DNA of 52,641 nucleotides from Ferroacidibacillus organovorans (GCF_001642725.1 NZ_LSUQ01000016.1:1-52641), one strand, 5' to 3'; shown: positions 1-10,605, counted from the first letter of the stretch. Notes: generated from the sequence alone by a model not told the origin. Program-made: numbers and translations.

Positions 1-540
1 GACTTGCGCCATGATGTGCAGATAAAGGATATGCACCGTTTGATTGATGCCGGCCGACTGCACAACCGGCTCCACTTCGCTTTGCGCCGAACCGAGCGGT
101 ACGATGCGAATCGGGATCGACGGCCCGAGCGTGGCGAGAATCGCACTACCGACGGCCTGGAGTGCCGGCACGTAAATCGTGCGTTCTTCAAGTCCTGCGA
201 GCACATGCTGCACGCGGAGCGTCGTGAGACTCTCGATGCGCGCAACCTCAGCAAAGTTGAAGTGGGCGCTCGTCACCCGTCCAGCCTTATCCTTTTCATA
301 GATGACCAGTTTTTCGTATTGCGCGTCTTCCGCAATCCGCTTCGTCAGCGCGTCATTGATCGCCTGCGTCGCCATCTGGCGGGCAAGCCCTGTCGCCATC
401 GCCATAAAGGGCGGCCGCAGACTGCGATCGAGAAGATAGATACTCTCATAAAACAAACCGAGTGAAAAAACGAGAAAGAGCAGGCTCGCGGCCGTGGCGC
501 GACGCACACGGTTCATTTTCCGTCGCGACTTGAATCGCAT
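1..540 (-). CDS. yunB: Sporulation protein YunB (3' end runs off the window)
   Basis: Not in the ORF track; translated by hand. GGTGGGTG RBS, ATG at 540, MRFKSRRKMNRVRRATAASLLFLVFSLGLFYESIYLLDRSLRPPFMAMATGLARQMATQAINDAL...LGPSIPIRIVPLG...SAGINQTVHILYLHI, with an N-terminal TM and the GINQT motif of YunB. Confidence 0.85.
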   Translation of the reverse strand, partial: MRFKSRRKMNRVRRATAASLLFLVFSLGLFYESIYLLDRSLRPPFMAMATGLARQMATQAINDALTKRIAEDAQYEKLVIYEKDKAGRVTSAHFNFAEVARIESLTTLRVQHVLAGLEERTIYVPALQAVGSAILATLGPSIPIRIVPLGSAQSEVEPVVQSAGINQTVHILYLHIMAQV

Positions 541-692
541 GAAAGATCACCCACCGTTTCCGCGCTCCTGCGAGCGAAACGCGACGTGGCAAGACGGCAA
601 AACCGCCTGACGCTATGATCCATTCTATGCTGACAAGCCCCTGCATGAGTCCCTCTCTTTATTTATTGCGCGAAGTCTATACGAGCGCTGGT

Positions 693-1913
693 CTATCCCT
701 GTACGTCCAACTTGATAAAACGCCGTTTCCCGACCTGCAGCACCATTCCCGTGCGCGGCTCAAACTCAAGCGCTGCGTCATTTACAGTCTCACCATCCAT
801 CTTTACGCCACCACCCGCAATCAGACGGCGCGCTTCCGAGTTTGACGGCGCCATTCCCGCCCGAACGAGCAGCGGGACAAGCGCAACGCGCTCTGCCTCA
901 AGCGCAAAGCTTTCGATCTCATCCGGCAAGCTGCGCTTCTGAAAGACGCGCACGAACGCTTCTTGCGCAAGTTCCGCCGCCGTCCTCCCGTGAAAACGTG
1001 TGACAAGCGCGTGCGCCAGCTTCATTTTCGCATCGCGCGGGTGAACCGTCCCGCCTACGAGTCCCGCTTCAAGCGCCTCCACTTCATCTTTTCGCAGTCC
1101 GCTCACGAGCGTCAAATACTTTACCATCAGCTCATCCGGGATCGACATCGCCTTCCCGTACATGTCCTTTGGCTCATCGTCGACGCCGATGTAATTGCCA
1201 AGACTCTTCGACATTTTTTGGACGCCGTCAAGCCCCTCGATCAGCGGCATGGTAATCACGACCTGCGGGGACATGCCATACTCTTTCTGAAGCGTCCGGC
1301 CCATCAGAAGGTTGAACGTCTGATCCGTTCCGCCAAGTTCCACGTCCGTCTCAAGCGCCACGGAGTCATACGCCTGCATCAGCGGATAGAACAGTTCGTG
1401 AATACTGATTGCCACGTTCTCGCTAAAGCGTTTCTTAAAGTCATCCCGCTCAAGCATGCGCGCCACCGTCACCGTTGCGCCGAGGCGCAACACCTCTGCG
1501 AACTGAAGCGATGACAGCCACGTCGCGTTGAAGTGAAGCATCGTGCGCTCCTCGTCGAGCACTTTAAAAACTTGCGCGCGATACGTCGCCGCATTCTCCT
1601 GCACTTGCTCTTCCGTGAGTTGTTTCCTCGTCTCCGACTTACCTGTCGGGTCGCCGATGCGTCCCGTAAAATCCCCGATGACCAATTGGACATGGTGGCC
1701 CAAATCCTGAAACTGGCGCAGTTTGTTAAGCACGACCGTGTGCCCGATATGAATATCTGGAGCGGTCGGATCAAGCCCCAGTTTCACGCGCAGCGGTGTC
1801 TTCGTCTCCAAGCTTCGCTTTAGTTTTTCGAGCAATTCTTCTTTGGGAATGACATCCACTGCGCCGTGACTAAGAATATCGAGTTGTCGCAGCGCTTCTT
1901 TCTCTAGATCCAA
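693..1913 (-). CDS. tyrS: Tyrosine--tRNA ligase
   Basis: KLGLDPTAPDIHIGH (HIGH), ELGGTDQTFN, KMSKS and C-terminal S4 domain. Likely TTG start at 1913 after a purine-rich RBS (ORF track extends to 1958). Confidence 0.96.
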   Translation of the reverse strand: MDLEKEALRQLDILSHGAVDVIPKEELLEKLKRSLETKTPLRVKLGLDPTAPDIHIGHTVVLNKLRQFQDLGHHVQLVIGDFTGRIGDPTGKSETRKQLTEEQVQENAATYRAQVFKVLDEERTMLHFNATWLSSLQFAEVLRLGATVTVARMLERDDFKKRFSENVAISIHELFYPLMQAYDSVALETDVELGGTDQTFNLLMGRTLQKEYGMSPQVVITMPLIEGLDGVQKMSKSLGNYIGVDDEPKDMYGKAMSIPDELMVKYLTLVSGLRKDEVEALEAGLVGGTVHPRDAKMKLAHALVTRFHGRTAAELAQEAFVRVFQKRSLPDEIESFALEAERVALVPLLVRAGMAPSNSEARRLIAGGGVKMDGETVNDAALEFEPRTGMVLQVGKRRFIKLDVQG

Positions 1914-2027
1914 GACCTTCCTGCCCCTTTCACCCATCCGCGTGGAATTACCGTCCAATTATCGCACATACTACCTCAAAGATTCACCAGAGATCGCACG
2001 CGATGCGATCTATCAGGAGGTGCACCT

Positions 2028-4457
2028 TTGCAGCGTCGCAGCGAGCGTATACCAAAGAAAACTTCCCGCAAGCGGCGCCGGGCGCGCCTGATGGTGCTTG
2101 TATCTACCCTCGCCGTCACCGTGGGTTCTGCCTTTGCTCTGACCGCGTCCTATGTGAAAACCTTACCGACGCTCGATCCAAACACGTTAAACGAGACAAG
2201 TCAGTCGACCCTCGTCTATTCTGCCGACCAACAGTGGCTCGGGTGTTTTGCGGCAGACGGTGATCGCCGTCCGCTCAAATCCTTGCGCGACGCGGGCGCG
2301 TGGCTTCCACGCGCGTTTATCGCGGCAGAGGACAAAGATTTTTTTCATCATCACGGCGTGGATTTTTCCGCCATTGCGCGCTCTGCGTTTCAAGACATGA
2401 AGTCACGCTCCATCGTCGGCGGCGGATCGACAATCACACAGCAATTGGTGAAACTGACGATTTTCCCACGCCAACAGCGCACGATTGAGCGAAAAATTCA
2501 AGAGATCCTCTTGGCACTAGAGCTCGAACGCCGTGAGGCCAAACCAACCATTCTCTTACAATACCTGAATGCGCTCTATTTCGGAAAGATGGGTGGCGTT
2601 CAAGTCTACGGCGTCGAGAGCGCCGCACTCCACGCGTTTGGAAAACACGCGCGCGACCTGACTCCAGCGCAAGCGGCGCTGCTCGCGGCCATTCCAAACC
2701 AGCCGACGCGTTTTGCGCTGCGCGCGGACAATGTGCATCTGGCTCGTCGTCAGGCGTACATTCTATCTCGCATGCGTAATTTGCAGATGCTTTCAAATGC
2801 AGCATATCGCCACGCTGTCATAGAGCAGTCCCTCGCACACCTCAACCCAGAACGCCTTCATCCCGCGCCATATGAGAGTATGTACCCCTACGTGATGACC
2901 CAGGTGAGTCGCGAAGCGCCTACCTTGATCGCAAACGCATTGCAGATGACACCCCTTGAAGCGGAGTTGCAATTGCAAACGAGAGGATTGCATATTGTAA
3001 CGACGATTGACAGTCGCTTGCAGCGTGCCGTCCACGCCGTCATGACACAAGACCGCCTGTTTTTGACGGCGAAAGACAGATTGCGCGAGGAGGCTGGAGT
3101 CGCACTGGTGAGTACTGCGGACAGCCGAGTCTTGGCCATCGGCGGCGGGCGCGATTTCACGCAAAATGAGGTGGACCACTCGCTCGCGCTGCGCCAGCCG
3201 GGTTCCTCGCTCAAACCGCTCATCGTGTACGCGCCAGCGCTTGACGCTCACCGCTTAACCCCCGGCTCGATCGTCGATGACGCACCGCGCAATTTCCCTG
3301 ACCCAAACGCACAAAATCACATCTGGTTCCCTAAGAATTGGGATAGCAAGTTTCACGGACTCATGACGGTGCGCGACGCGCTGATGCAATCCTACAATGG
3401 CCCTGCCATCTCTATTCTCGAAGGCATTCACCCGGCGACCGGGTATCAATACGCAGAAGCGCTCGGACTGCACGGACTTGCGCGCGAAGACGCGATGAGT
3501 CTGGGGCTTGCGATCGGCGGGATACGCGGCGGTGTCAGTCCACTCGAGTTGGCGAGCGCCTACGCGGCGTTTGGGCACGACGGGTCGTATACGCCACCCC
3601 ATCTGATCGAGCGAATCGAGGATCGTGATGGCCACGTCATCTATCAGGCGCACCCGCACGCCATCCCCGTATTTTCGCGCGCGACGACGCACATGATGAC
3701 AAACATGCTGCAAAGCGTACTCGCAAGTCCTTACGGCACAGCCTATCCGCTGCACACCTTGGCAGGGACGTGGGCGGGTAAAACGGGCACCACGGACGAA
3801 AACAGGGACGCCTGGTTCATCGGCTACAACCGCGCGCTCACCGTCAGCATTTGGATGGGGTACGATCTGCCTCACCCCATTCCAGACGCGCCGCGCGGAA
3901 CACTGACAGGACACCCGCTCGGCTTATTCTCCGCGCTGGCACACACGAAGGAGATGGCGCAGGCGCTTCGCACGTACGGACGAATAACCCAAGCCGAAAA
4001 AGCTGGGTCACCCGACGCTGCGTTCGTTCGCGCGCACGTCTGCACCAAATCAGGTGCGCTCGCATCCCCCTATTGTATTGCGGCGAAAGACGACGAGTGG
4101 GATGAATTTCCCAAAGGATCTGAGCCGACGTCCGTCTGCCTGATGCATCGCCAAATCGCAGTGACGTCCTATCAGCATCAGTGGGTTCTCGCCACCACAG
4201 AGACGCCACCCGCCGAGATTCGCTGGATGATCTTTCTCGATCGCCGCGTCATGCCGCAAGACAAAGCGCTAGACAAAAAGTATGAGCCGCTCGATTGGAA
4301 GATGATCATACCAACGCGCGCAGACCCGCGCGGTGGAACGCCACTGTGTGAGATTGGCGAGGCGCCTGAGCCGTCCGCTTCAACCGATCCGCTCAATCAA
4401 GCGAGTTCGATGACCGTCACGCCGCTGCCGCCTTCTCCCTCACCGCCTTGGCGATAG
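2028..4457 (+). CDS. Class A penicillin-binding protein (transglycosylase-transpeptidase)
   Basis: N-terminal TM, EDKDFFHHHG and GGSTITQQL GT51 motifs, SSLK (SxxK), SYN, KTG; Cys-containing C-terminal domain. Confidence 0.92.
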   Translation: MQRRSERIPKKTSRKRRRARLMVLVSTLAVTVGSAFALTASYVKTLPTLDPNTLNETSQSTLVYSADQQWLGCFAADGDRRPLKSLRDAGAWLPRAFIAAEDKDFFHHHGVDFSAIARSAFQDMKSRSIVGGGSTITQQLVKLTIFPRQQRTIERKIQEILLALELERREAKPTILLQYLNALYFGKMGGVQVYGVESAALHAFGKHARDLTPAQAALLAAIPNQPTRFALRADNVHLARRQAYILSRMRNLQMLSNAAYRHAVIEQSLAHLNPERLHPAPYESMYPYVMTQVSREAPTLIANALQMTPLEAELQLQTRGLHIVTTIDSRLQRAVHAVMTQDRLFLTAKDRLREEAGVALVSTADSRVLAIGGGRDFTQNEVDHSLALRQPGSSLKPLIVYAPALDAHRLTPGSIVDDAPRNFPDPNAQNHIWFPKNWDSKFHGLMTVRDALMQSYNGPAISILEGIHPATGYQYAEALGLHGLAREDAMSLGLAIGGIRGGVSPLELASAYAAFGHDGSYTPPHLIERIEDRDGHVIYQAHPHAIPVFSRATTHMMTNMLQSVLASPYGTAYPLHTLAGTWAGKTGTTDENRDAWFIGYNRALTVSIWMGYDLPHPIPDAPRGTLTGHPLGLFSALAHTKEMAQALRTYGRITQAEKAGSPDAAFVRAHVCTKSGALASPYCIAAKDDEWDEFPKGSEPTSVCLMHRQIAVTSYQHQWVLATTETPPAEIRWMIFLDRRVMPQDKALDKKYEPLDWKMIIPTRADPRGGTPLCEIGEAPEPSASTDPLNQASSMTVTPLPPSPSPPWR

Positions 4458-6748
4458 GTGCGAACGCGCCTATGTGTGCGCAAATAGAGAAGCAGGCCTT
4501 CGCGCAGCGCACCCGTCCCTTTTCCGTGAACAATGGTCACCTGGTGATAGCCAGAGAGCACCGCCTTGTCAAGGTAGCGATCGACTTCCACCATCGCTTC
4601 TTGCACCGTCTGACCGCGCACGTCAAGCGTTGGCGACACGCCTTCGCTCGCCCGTTTCACCATGACGACAGGCGCTTCAACCTTTTCGGCGCGACGCAAG
4701 AGTTCCATATTTTTGCGATTGACGCGCAGCTTCATTGAGCCGATAGCCACGAGCCACTCGTCGCGCCCCACCTCTGACATAAGCGAACCCTTTTGTCCGG
4801 CGAGAGAGAGAACGCGTACTTCGTCGCCTTCTGCGAGCGTTTCATTTGAACGTTTGCGTGGCGCCATGACAAGCGTAGGATCAGGTGCAAGCGCCCTCAT
4901 CCTCCCCCTCACCGCCGTCAACTCGTGATCCTTGACTGCGCCTGAAGTCGCCATTTCACGAAGCTGCGCAATCAAATCGTCTGCCTCACGCTGACTGCGT
5001 TTGACATACGCGCGAATCTCTTCATCCGCTTTTTTCTTGCGCGACATCCGCTCTTCTTCCTCGATGCGCGCGCGCTCCTCCAACTGTTCGCGCAGGCGTT
5101 CGACATCTTGGCGCGCGCGATGCGCCTGTTCGTGATCTTCGCGCGCATCGTGGACGCGCTGCGTGAGATGGGAGATCAAATCTTCGACACGCTCATCTGT
5201 CGTTGTAAGCCGTGCCCTGGCCTGTTCAATGAGTGTCTGCGGTAAACCAAGGCGTTCTGCGATCGCAAACGCGTAAGACTTTCCAGGGATGCCAAGCTCC
5301 AGGCGATACGTCGGCGTAAGTGTCTCCACGTCAAAGGAGACACTCGCATTGATGGTTCCTGGCGTAGTGTACGCGTATGCCTTTAATTCGCTGTAGTGCG
5401 TGGTCGCGACCGTCCGAATTCCGCGCGCGCGCAGTTCATCGAGGATCGCCATCGCAAGAGAAGCGCCTTCCGTCGGGTCCGTGCCCGCGCCGATTTCATC
5501 AAAGAGCACCAGGCTTGTCGGACTTGCCTCACGCAAAATGCGGATGATATTGGTCATGTGGCTAGAAAACGTCGACAAGCTTTGTTCGATACTCTGCTCG
5601 TCTCCGATATCTGCGTACACCTCATCAAACCACCCGATCCGCGTGCCTTGCGCCGCCGTCACATAGAGCCCAGAGAGCCCCATGATCGTGAGGAGTCCCA
5701 TGGTTTTTAGCGATACCGTTTTCCCGCCCGTGTTTGGCCCTGTGATGAGCAGTTGCGTAAACGAGTCTCCCAGGCGAATGTCAAGCGGTACGGCGCGCGC
5801 GAGATCAAGGTGCGGATGGCGCGCTTGAACGAGTTGAAGGATCGGTTGCTCGTCTAATTCCGGCTTCACCGCGCGTTCCGCGTGAGCGTAGGCTGCTTTG
5901 GCAATCGCAAAATCAAACGCACCAAGCACCTCGAACGCTTCGAGGAGCACATCCGCGTTCGGCGCTGCGTACGCCGACAGCTCGCTTAGAATGCGCTCAA
6001 TCTCGCGCTCTTCGAGCAATGCATAGCGGCGCAGTTCATTGCCGAGTGAGGCGACCCGTTCCGGTTCAATAAAATAGGTGGCGCCAGACGCCGATTGGTC
6101 GTGCACGATGCCGCGCACATGTTGCGCCGCATCAGCGCGCACCGAGAGACAAAGACGGTCGTTTCGCATCGTCACAATTTGATCTTGTAAATAATTCTGT
6201 ACACTCGTCGACTTTACCATTTCATCGATCGTTCTTCTCATGCGCTGCGTAACGGTGCGCATGCTCGAGCGCAAATCAGCGAGGGTCGCGCTCGCTTGAT
6301 CGAGCACGCGCGCGTCTTCGTCAATACAGCGGAAAATTTCGTCTTCTAGCGTTTTAGGAAGATCCAGCGCCTGAAACCGCTCTGCAAAGCGCGAAACTTC
6401 TGCGCGCTCACTCAGCTCCATAAATATGCGCGCAAAGCGGCGCACGCTGCGCGCCGTTTCTGCGAGTTGAAACAGTTCACTGGGGCTGAGAATTCCTCCC
6501 ACGCGCGCGCGCATCACGGCGCTTCGCAGATCCTTAGTGCGCGCAAAAACAGCTTCACCTTTCAGACGATAATAGGCGCTTCCTTCCTCCGTATCTGCGA
6601 GGGCGGTGCGCGCGTCCGTGAGCGTCGCAAATGGGCGCAGTGCACGCGCGCGCTCTTCACCATAAGGCGTTTGACAGCGCACCGTTACAGCCGAGACAAT
6701 CTGTGCAAAATCGAGCAGTCGCAAGACGCGCTCGTTCATCCGTTTCAC
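4397..6748 (-). CDS. mutS2: Endonuclease MutS2
   Basis: TGPNTGGKT Walker A, DIGDEQSIEQSLSTFSSHM, DEIGAGTDP, C-terminal Smr domain (VHGKGTG). Confidence 0.96.
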   Translation of the reverse strand: MKRMNERVLRLLDFAQIVSAVTVRCQTPYGEERARALRPFATLTDARTALADTEEGSAYYRLKGEAVFARTKDLRSAVMRARVGGILSPSELFQLAETARSVRRFARIFMELSERAEVSRFAERFQALDLPKTLEDEIFRCIDEDARVLDQASATLADLRSSMRTVTQRMRRTIDEMVKSTSVQNYLQDQIVTMRNDRLCLSVRADAAQHVRGIVHDQSASGATYFIEPERVASLGNELRRYALLEEREIERILSELSAYAAPNADVLLEAFEVLGAFDFAIAKAAYAHAERAVKPELDEQPILQLVQARHPHLDLARAVPLDIRLGDSFTQLLITGPNTGGKTVSLKTMGLLTIMGLSGLYVTAAQGTRIGWFDEVYADIGDEQSIEQSLSTFSSHMTNIIRILREASPTSLVLFDEIGAGTDPTEGASLAMAILDELRARGIRTVATTHYSELKAYAYTTPGTINASVSFDVETLTPTYRLELGIPGKSYAFAIAERLGLPQTLIEQARARLTTTDERVEDLISHLTQRVHDAREDHEQAHRARQDVERLREQLEERARIEEEERMSRKKKADEEIRAYVKRSQREADDLIAQLREMATSGAVKDHELTAVRGRMRALAPDPTLVMAPRKRSNETLAEGDEVRVLSLAGQKGSLMSEVGRDEWLVAIGSMKLRVNRKNMELLRRAEKVEAPVVMVKRASEGVSPTLDVRGQTVQEAMVEVDRYLDKAVLSGYHQVTIVHGKGTGALREGLLLYLRTHRRVRTYRQGGEGEGGSGVTVIELA

Positions 6749-6831
6749 TTCCCAGTTTGTTGAATGATGATGGATAGGACGGTACGTACTTAGGCAACAC
6801 TAGACGCACACATCCATGGAGGTGATGACTC

Positions 6832-7173
6832 ATGCTCGGAGTCATAGTACGTTTTGTCGTATCCGCGCTTGTGCTCCTATTTATCGGCGACATCGTGCGG
6901 GGGTTTTATATTTCAGGATTTTGGACGGCCATCTTCGCAGCCATCGTGATTGCAGCGATCGGTTGGGGATTTGAAAAATTGTTTGGTCGCAACATATCGC
7001 CTTATGGGCGTGGAATTGTCGGATTTCTCGTAGGTGCGGTCGTCATCTACATTGCACAGTTCATCGTGCCTGGCATGCATGTGACCCTTCTTGGCGCACT
7101 CCTCGCATCGCTGATCATTGGTATCGTCGATCTCTTGGTTCCAACGACGATGCGCCGTCACGTGAATTCGTAA
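6832..7173 (+). CDS. 4-TM membrane protein, phage holin superfamily IV / YvlD-like
   Basis: GGAGGTG RBS; four hydrophobic helices, 'VRFVVSALVLL...GFWTAIFAAIVIA' pattern. Confidence 0.75.
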   Translation: MLGVIVRFVVSALVLLFIGDIVRGFYISGFWTAIFAAIVIAAIGWGFEKLFGRNISPYGRGIVGFLVGAVVIYIAQFIVPGMHVTLLGALLASLIIGIVDLLVPTTMRRHVNS

Positions 7174-7181
7174 TCACGCCT

Positions 7182-7218
7182 TGCGCCTGCCGCATCACGC
7201 AGGCGCCTTTTTCTTTTG
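7182..7218 (+). terminator. Rho-independent terminator
   Basis: GCGCCTGC-cgcatcac-GCAGGCGC hairpin followed by TTTTTCTTTT. Confidence 0.75.
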
Positions 7219-7245
7219 CGACGGCTCAACCCGAGTTCTGGCGCG

Positions 7246-7812
7246 CTATGCTTTTGGCGGCTTGAATCCCTCTAAATGTTCGAGCGTCATGACAGGACCC
7301 TCAAACATCGGCGCGAGTGCAGAGTGGCGAATCTCTTGTTTCACGGGCACAGACGGGATGTAGGTTGCAACGCTCAAGAGCACTGCGATCAACACAAAGG
7401 CAACGCTTGCTCCCGCGATCAGTCCCGCCATGCGATTGACGAGAGACAACACCGGAAGTGAAAACAAGGCGTTGAGCAGATGCCCGAGGTAGCGAATCAA
7501 AAGTAGCGACACGTAAAACACGATCCCGAACGAAATGGCGCCAGCGATCGCCGTCACCGCCGACTGAACATTGTTAGTTCCCGTCAACGTTCCGACGAGC
7601 GGAATGTTTCTCAGAGAGACCGCTCCGTGAATGACATACCCTTTAATCCACGGTGTTACGATCGGCACAAGCCACGCGTGAAACTGCCACGCCGCGACAT
7701 ACGCAATGACGGTGCCTAAAAGGCGCACCATCTGCGCGATGATGCCCGTGCGATAGCCGTCCCACGCGCTAAAGAGCAGCACGAGCAAGATGACATAATC
7801 TGCAATATCCAC
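7246..7812 (-). CDS. cvpA: CvpA family membrane protein
   Basis: 'DYVILLVLLFSAWDGYRTG' N-terminus, 'NRMAGLIAG' motif, zapA-cvpA-mutS2 synteny. Confidence 0.85.
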   Translation of the reverse strand: MDIADYVILLVLLFSAWDGYRTGIIAQMVRLLGTVIAYVAAWQFHAWLVPIVTPWIKGYVIHGAVSLRNIPLVGTLTGTNNVQSAVTAIAGAISFGIVFYVSLLLIRYLGHLLNALFSLPVLSLVNRMAGLIAGASVAFVLIAVLLSVATYIPSVPVKQEIRHSALAPMFEGPVMTLEHLEGFKPPKA

Positions 7813-7817
7813 GGATC

Positions 7818-8108
7818 TTATCCTTTCGATTCTTCTTCCTTTTTAACGATTCCCGCATCACGCTCAAGGGCTTCGAGAAGTGCATCATATTCGGTTTCTA
7901 ACGCATCGTATTCTTCCGCGAAGTTAAGTGCCGCAAGCACGGCGAGCGCGTGACTGTCCAAGCGCGGATGTTGCTCAAAAATGCGATTCATCGCCTGATC
8001 CACGCGCTCTGCCAGGCGAATGACACGTTCCGGGTCGTTAGAACCCCTCACTTGATAACTATGGCCAAAAATTTCAACCTGCACACGTTTTCGTGGATCT
8101 GAATCCAT
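7818..8108 (-). CDS. zapA: Cell division protein ZapA
   Basis: 'VQVEIFGHSYQVRG...LAVLAALNFAEEY' plus coiled-coil tail; GGAGGTG RBS. Confidence 0.9.
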   Translation of the reverse strand: MDSDPRKRVQVEIFGHSYQVRGSNDPERVIRLAERVDQAMNRIFEQHPRLDSHALAVLAALNFAEEYDALETEYDALLEALERDAGIVKKEEESKG

Positions 8109-8162
8109 GCGTACGGCACCTCCACCTGCATCCCAATTCGCGATTCTTCGAAAAAATCCTGC

Positions 8163-10589
8163 CTAGGAGCGCAAAACAGCGCCACAGACAGCGTGCGCTT
8201 CCGCGATGATCGCATCAATGCGCCCCGCGATATCTTCTTCACTCATCGTTTTTGCTGTGTCGCGAAACACCATTCGTAGCGCGACACTCTTCTCGCTCGC
8301 GCGGACGCGCTCACCTACATAAACGTCAAAAATGCGTACCGAGACGAGTTGCTCTCCTGCCCTTGAACGAATCGCATCAAGCAGTTTCTGGGCTGGCATA
8401 CTGCGTGAAACAACGAACGCCAAGTCGCGCTCTACCGCCGGGAAGCGCGGCAGCGGTGTAACGGCGAGCGTGCGCTTTGCGTGCTTGATCAACGCGTCAA
8501 ACGATACCTCAAACGCGACGCACGCCGGCGCGTCAAACGCCTTGACCACGAGGTCGTGCACGCGGCCGATATATCCGACCGTCTCACCGCCAACTGTGAC
8601 GTCAGCCGCGATTCCGCCGTGCAAATAGGGGTGCGCCGCAGCGTGAAACGAGACGTCCTTGATACCGAGTCGCGCAAATACGCCCTGAAGATGCGCTTTT
8701 GCATCGTAAAAATCATAGCTGCGCGCCACTTGCTGAGGGTCTTGTTCCGTTGCAAGCCCTGTGAAGAGACCGATCAGCCGGCGTTCCTCGCGCGGCAATT
8801 CGGTCACCGGGAGCGCGCGCGGAGTAAACACGGCGCCGATTTCAAAGAGCGCGAATCCACCGTGCTGCCGTTTTGCGTTGTAGCCGGCCACATCGAGCAG
8901 CGCTGGCAGGAGGAGCGTCCGCAATTCTTGTCGTTCGTCAGAGAGTGGATTGAGCAGCGGTGCAGTTTTCGCGAGCGGGTGATCGTTCGGCAAGCGCAGC
9001 TTGTGTCCCACGTGCGGACTCTGCAGCGCATACGTCCAGACCTCCTGCATTCCGAAGCCCATCAACGTTTGGCGAACTGTCCGACGGATCTGTTGCGCAT
9101 CCGTCAGGTGACCTGCCGCAAGCGCCATCGTTGGCAAGGTAGATGGGATCTGGTCATAGCCAACCAACCGCGCAAATTCTTCGATCATATCCTCTTCGAG
9201 TGTCACGTCAGGTCTGCGCGTCGACGGTGTAATCCGCAACACCGCGCCATCCAAGACAACTTCAAACCCGAGCCGCGAACAAATGGCGCGCATCTGTTCT
9301 GTGGGGACGGTAAAGCCGAGCACGTCACACACGCGAGACGGATGTACCTGAATTTGCGCGGGTCGGCGGCGGTCGCCATCGCCCTGCGCGATCACCTCTG
9401 ACGCGACAACGCCTCCTGTCCACGCGACAATCAGTGAGACTGCGCGCGCGAGCGCCGGGAGCAGCACCTCTGTATCCACGCCCTTTTCAAAGCGCGCGCT
9501 CGCTTCTGAGCGCAGATTAAGATCACGCGCCGTCCGTCGAATGTGTTGCGCGTCAAAGCGCGCCGACTCAAGCGCCACGCGACGCGTCTCTGGCCCTATC
9601 TCTGAGTTAGCGCCACCCATCACGCCAGCGAGTCCAATGCTGTGCTGAGCGTCGGCGATCACGATCATGTCCGCTTCGAGTTGACGCTCGCGTCCGTCGA
9701 GTGTCACGAGTTTTTCACCAGTGCGCGCCTGACGCACCACGATGGTCTCTCCATGAATCGCTTCACAGTCAAACGCATGTAGCGGCTGTCCCCACTCCAG
9801 CATCACATAGTTTGTCGCATCGACGAGCGCGTCAATCGGGCGCACGCCCACCGCGAGCAACCGCATTTGCACCGCAATCGGCGACGGTCGATTCGCGACA
9901 TGGTCGATCACTTGAGTCGCATAAAACGAACACGCCGACGTTTCGATCGCCACGTGCAAGGGGATCGCTTCCGCTGTCCGTGGTTGATGTACGGGCAAAG
10001 GCGGCATGTGAACCGACTTCCCGTAAATCGCTGCGACTTCATAAGCCACACCGCGCAGGGAGAGACAGTCTGCCCGATTCGGCGTAAGTTCAAGTTCCAT
10101 CACCGTGTCATCAAGCCCGAGATAGGACACGATCGAAACCCCGATCGGCGCGTCATCCGGCAGCACGAGAATGCCTTCGCTCATCGACTTTGGCAGCAGT
10201 TTCGCGTCGAGTCCGAGCTCTTGCGCAGAGCAGATCATTCCCTCCGAGCGCACGCCCCGCTTATCCGCCGCCAAAATGGACCCACTGGGAAGCTGTGCGC
10301 CAACTGTTGCGACCGGCACCTTCTGCCCCGCCGCCACATTCGCCGCGCCGCAGACGATCTGGCTCCTATTCGCTTCTCCGATATTCACGCGACAAATGCG
10401 CATGCGATCTGCGTTTGGATGGGGCAACACTTCTTCCACATGCCCCACGACGACCCCGGACACATCAGGCGCAAACGTCCACATGGATTCGACCGGAATT
10501 CCGGCGCGCGTCAGATCAGCGGCTACCTGCTGCGGCGTTTGCTCCAAAAGTTCGACATACTCGTTGAGCCAATTCCACGTGATTTTCAT
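8163..10589 (-). CDS. pheT: Phenylalanine--tRNA ligase beta subunit
   Basis: MKITWNWLNEYV start at 10589, PHPNADRM, IVCGAANV, LTPNRADCLS, FDX-ACB C-terminus. Confidence 0.96.
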   Translation of the reverse strand: MKITWNWLNEYVELLEQTPQQVAADLTRAGIPVESMWTFAPDVSGVVVGHVEEVLPHPNADRMRICRVNIGEANRSQIVCGAANVAAGQKVPVATVGAQLPSGSILAADKRGVRSEGMICSAQELGLDAKLLPKSMSEGILVLPDDAPIGVSIVSYLGLDDTVMELELTPNRADCLSLRGVAYEVAAIYGKSVHMPPLPVHQPRTAEAIPLHVAIETSACSFYATQVIDHVANRPSPIAVQMRLLAVGVRPIDALVDATNYVMLEWGQPLHAFDCEAIHGETIVVRQARTGEKLVTLDGRERQLEADMIVIADAQHSIGLAGVMGGANSEIGPETRRVALESARFDAQHIRRTARDLNLRSEASARFEKGVDTEVLLPALARAVSLIVAWTGGVVASEVIAQGDGDRRRPAQIQVHPSRVCDVLGFTVPTEQMRAICSRLGFEVVLDGAVLRITPSTRRPDVTLEEDMIEEFARLVGYDQIPSTLPTMALAAGHLTDAQQIRRTVRQTLMGFGMQEVWTYALQSPHVGHKLRLPNDHPLAKTAPLLNPLSDERQELRTLLLPALLDVAGYNAKRQHGGFALFEIGAVFTPRALPVTELPREERRLIGLFTGLATEQDPQQVARSYDFYDAKAHLQGVFARLGIKDVSFHAAAHPYLHGGIAADVTVGGETVGYIGRVHDLVVKAFDAPACVAFEVSFDALIKHAKRTLAVTPLPRFPAVERDLAFVVSRSMPAQKLLDAIRSRAGEQLVSVRIFDVYVGERVRASEKSVALRMVFRDTAKTMSEEDIAGRIDAIIAEAHAVCGAVLRS

Positions 10590-10605
10590 GGTGCATCTCC
10601 TCTCC

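Noticed and set aside
4..465. 153-aa plus-strand ORF at the window start
   Set aside because: Antisense shadow of yunB, which is the real gene on the minus strand
6832..7173. Holin-family gene as a sign of a prophage
   Set aside because: No phage genes nearby; this 4-TM family is a common chromosomal neighbour of mutS2 in Bacillales
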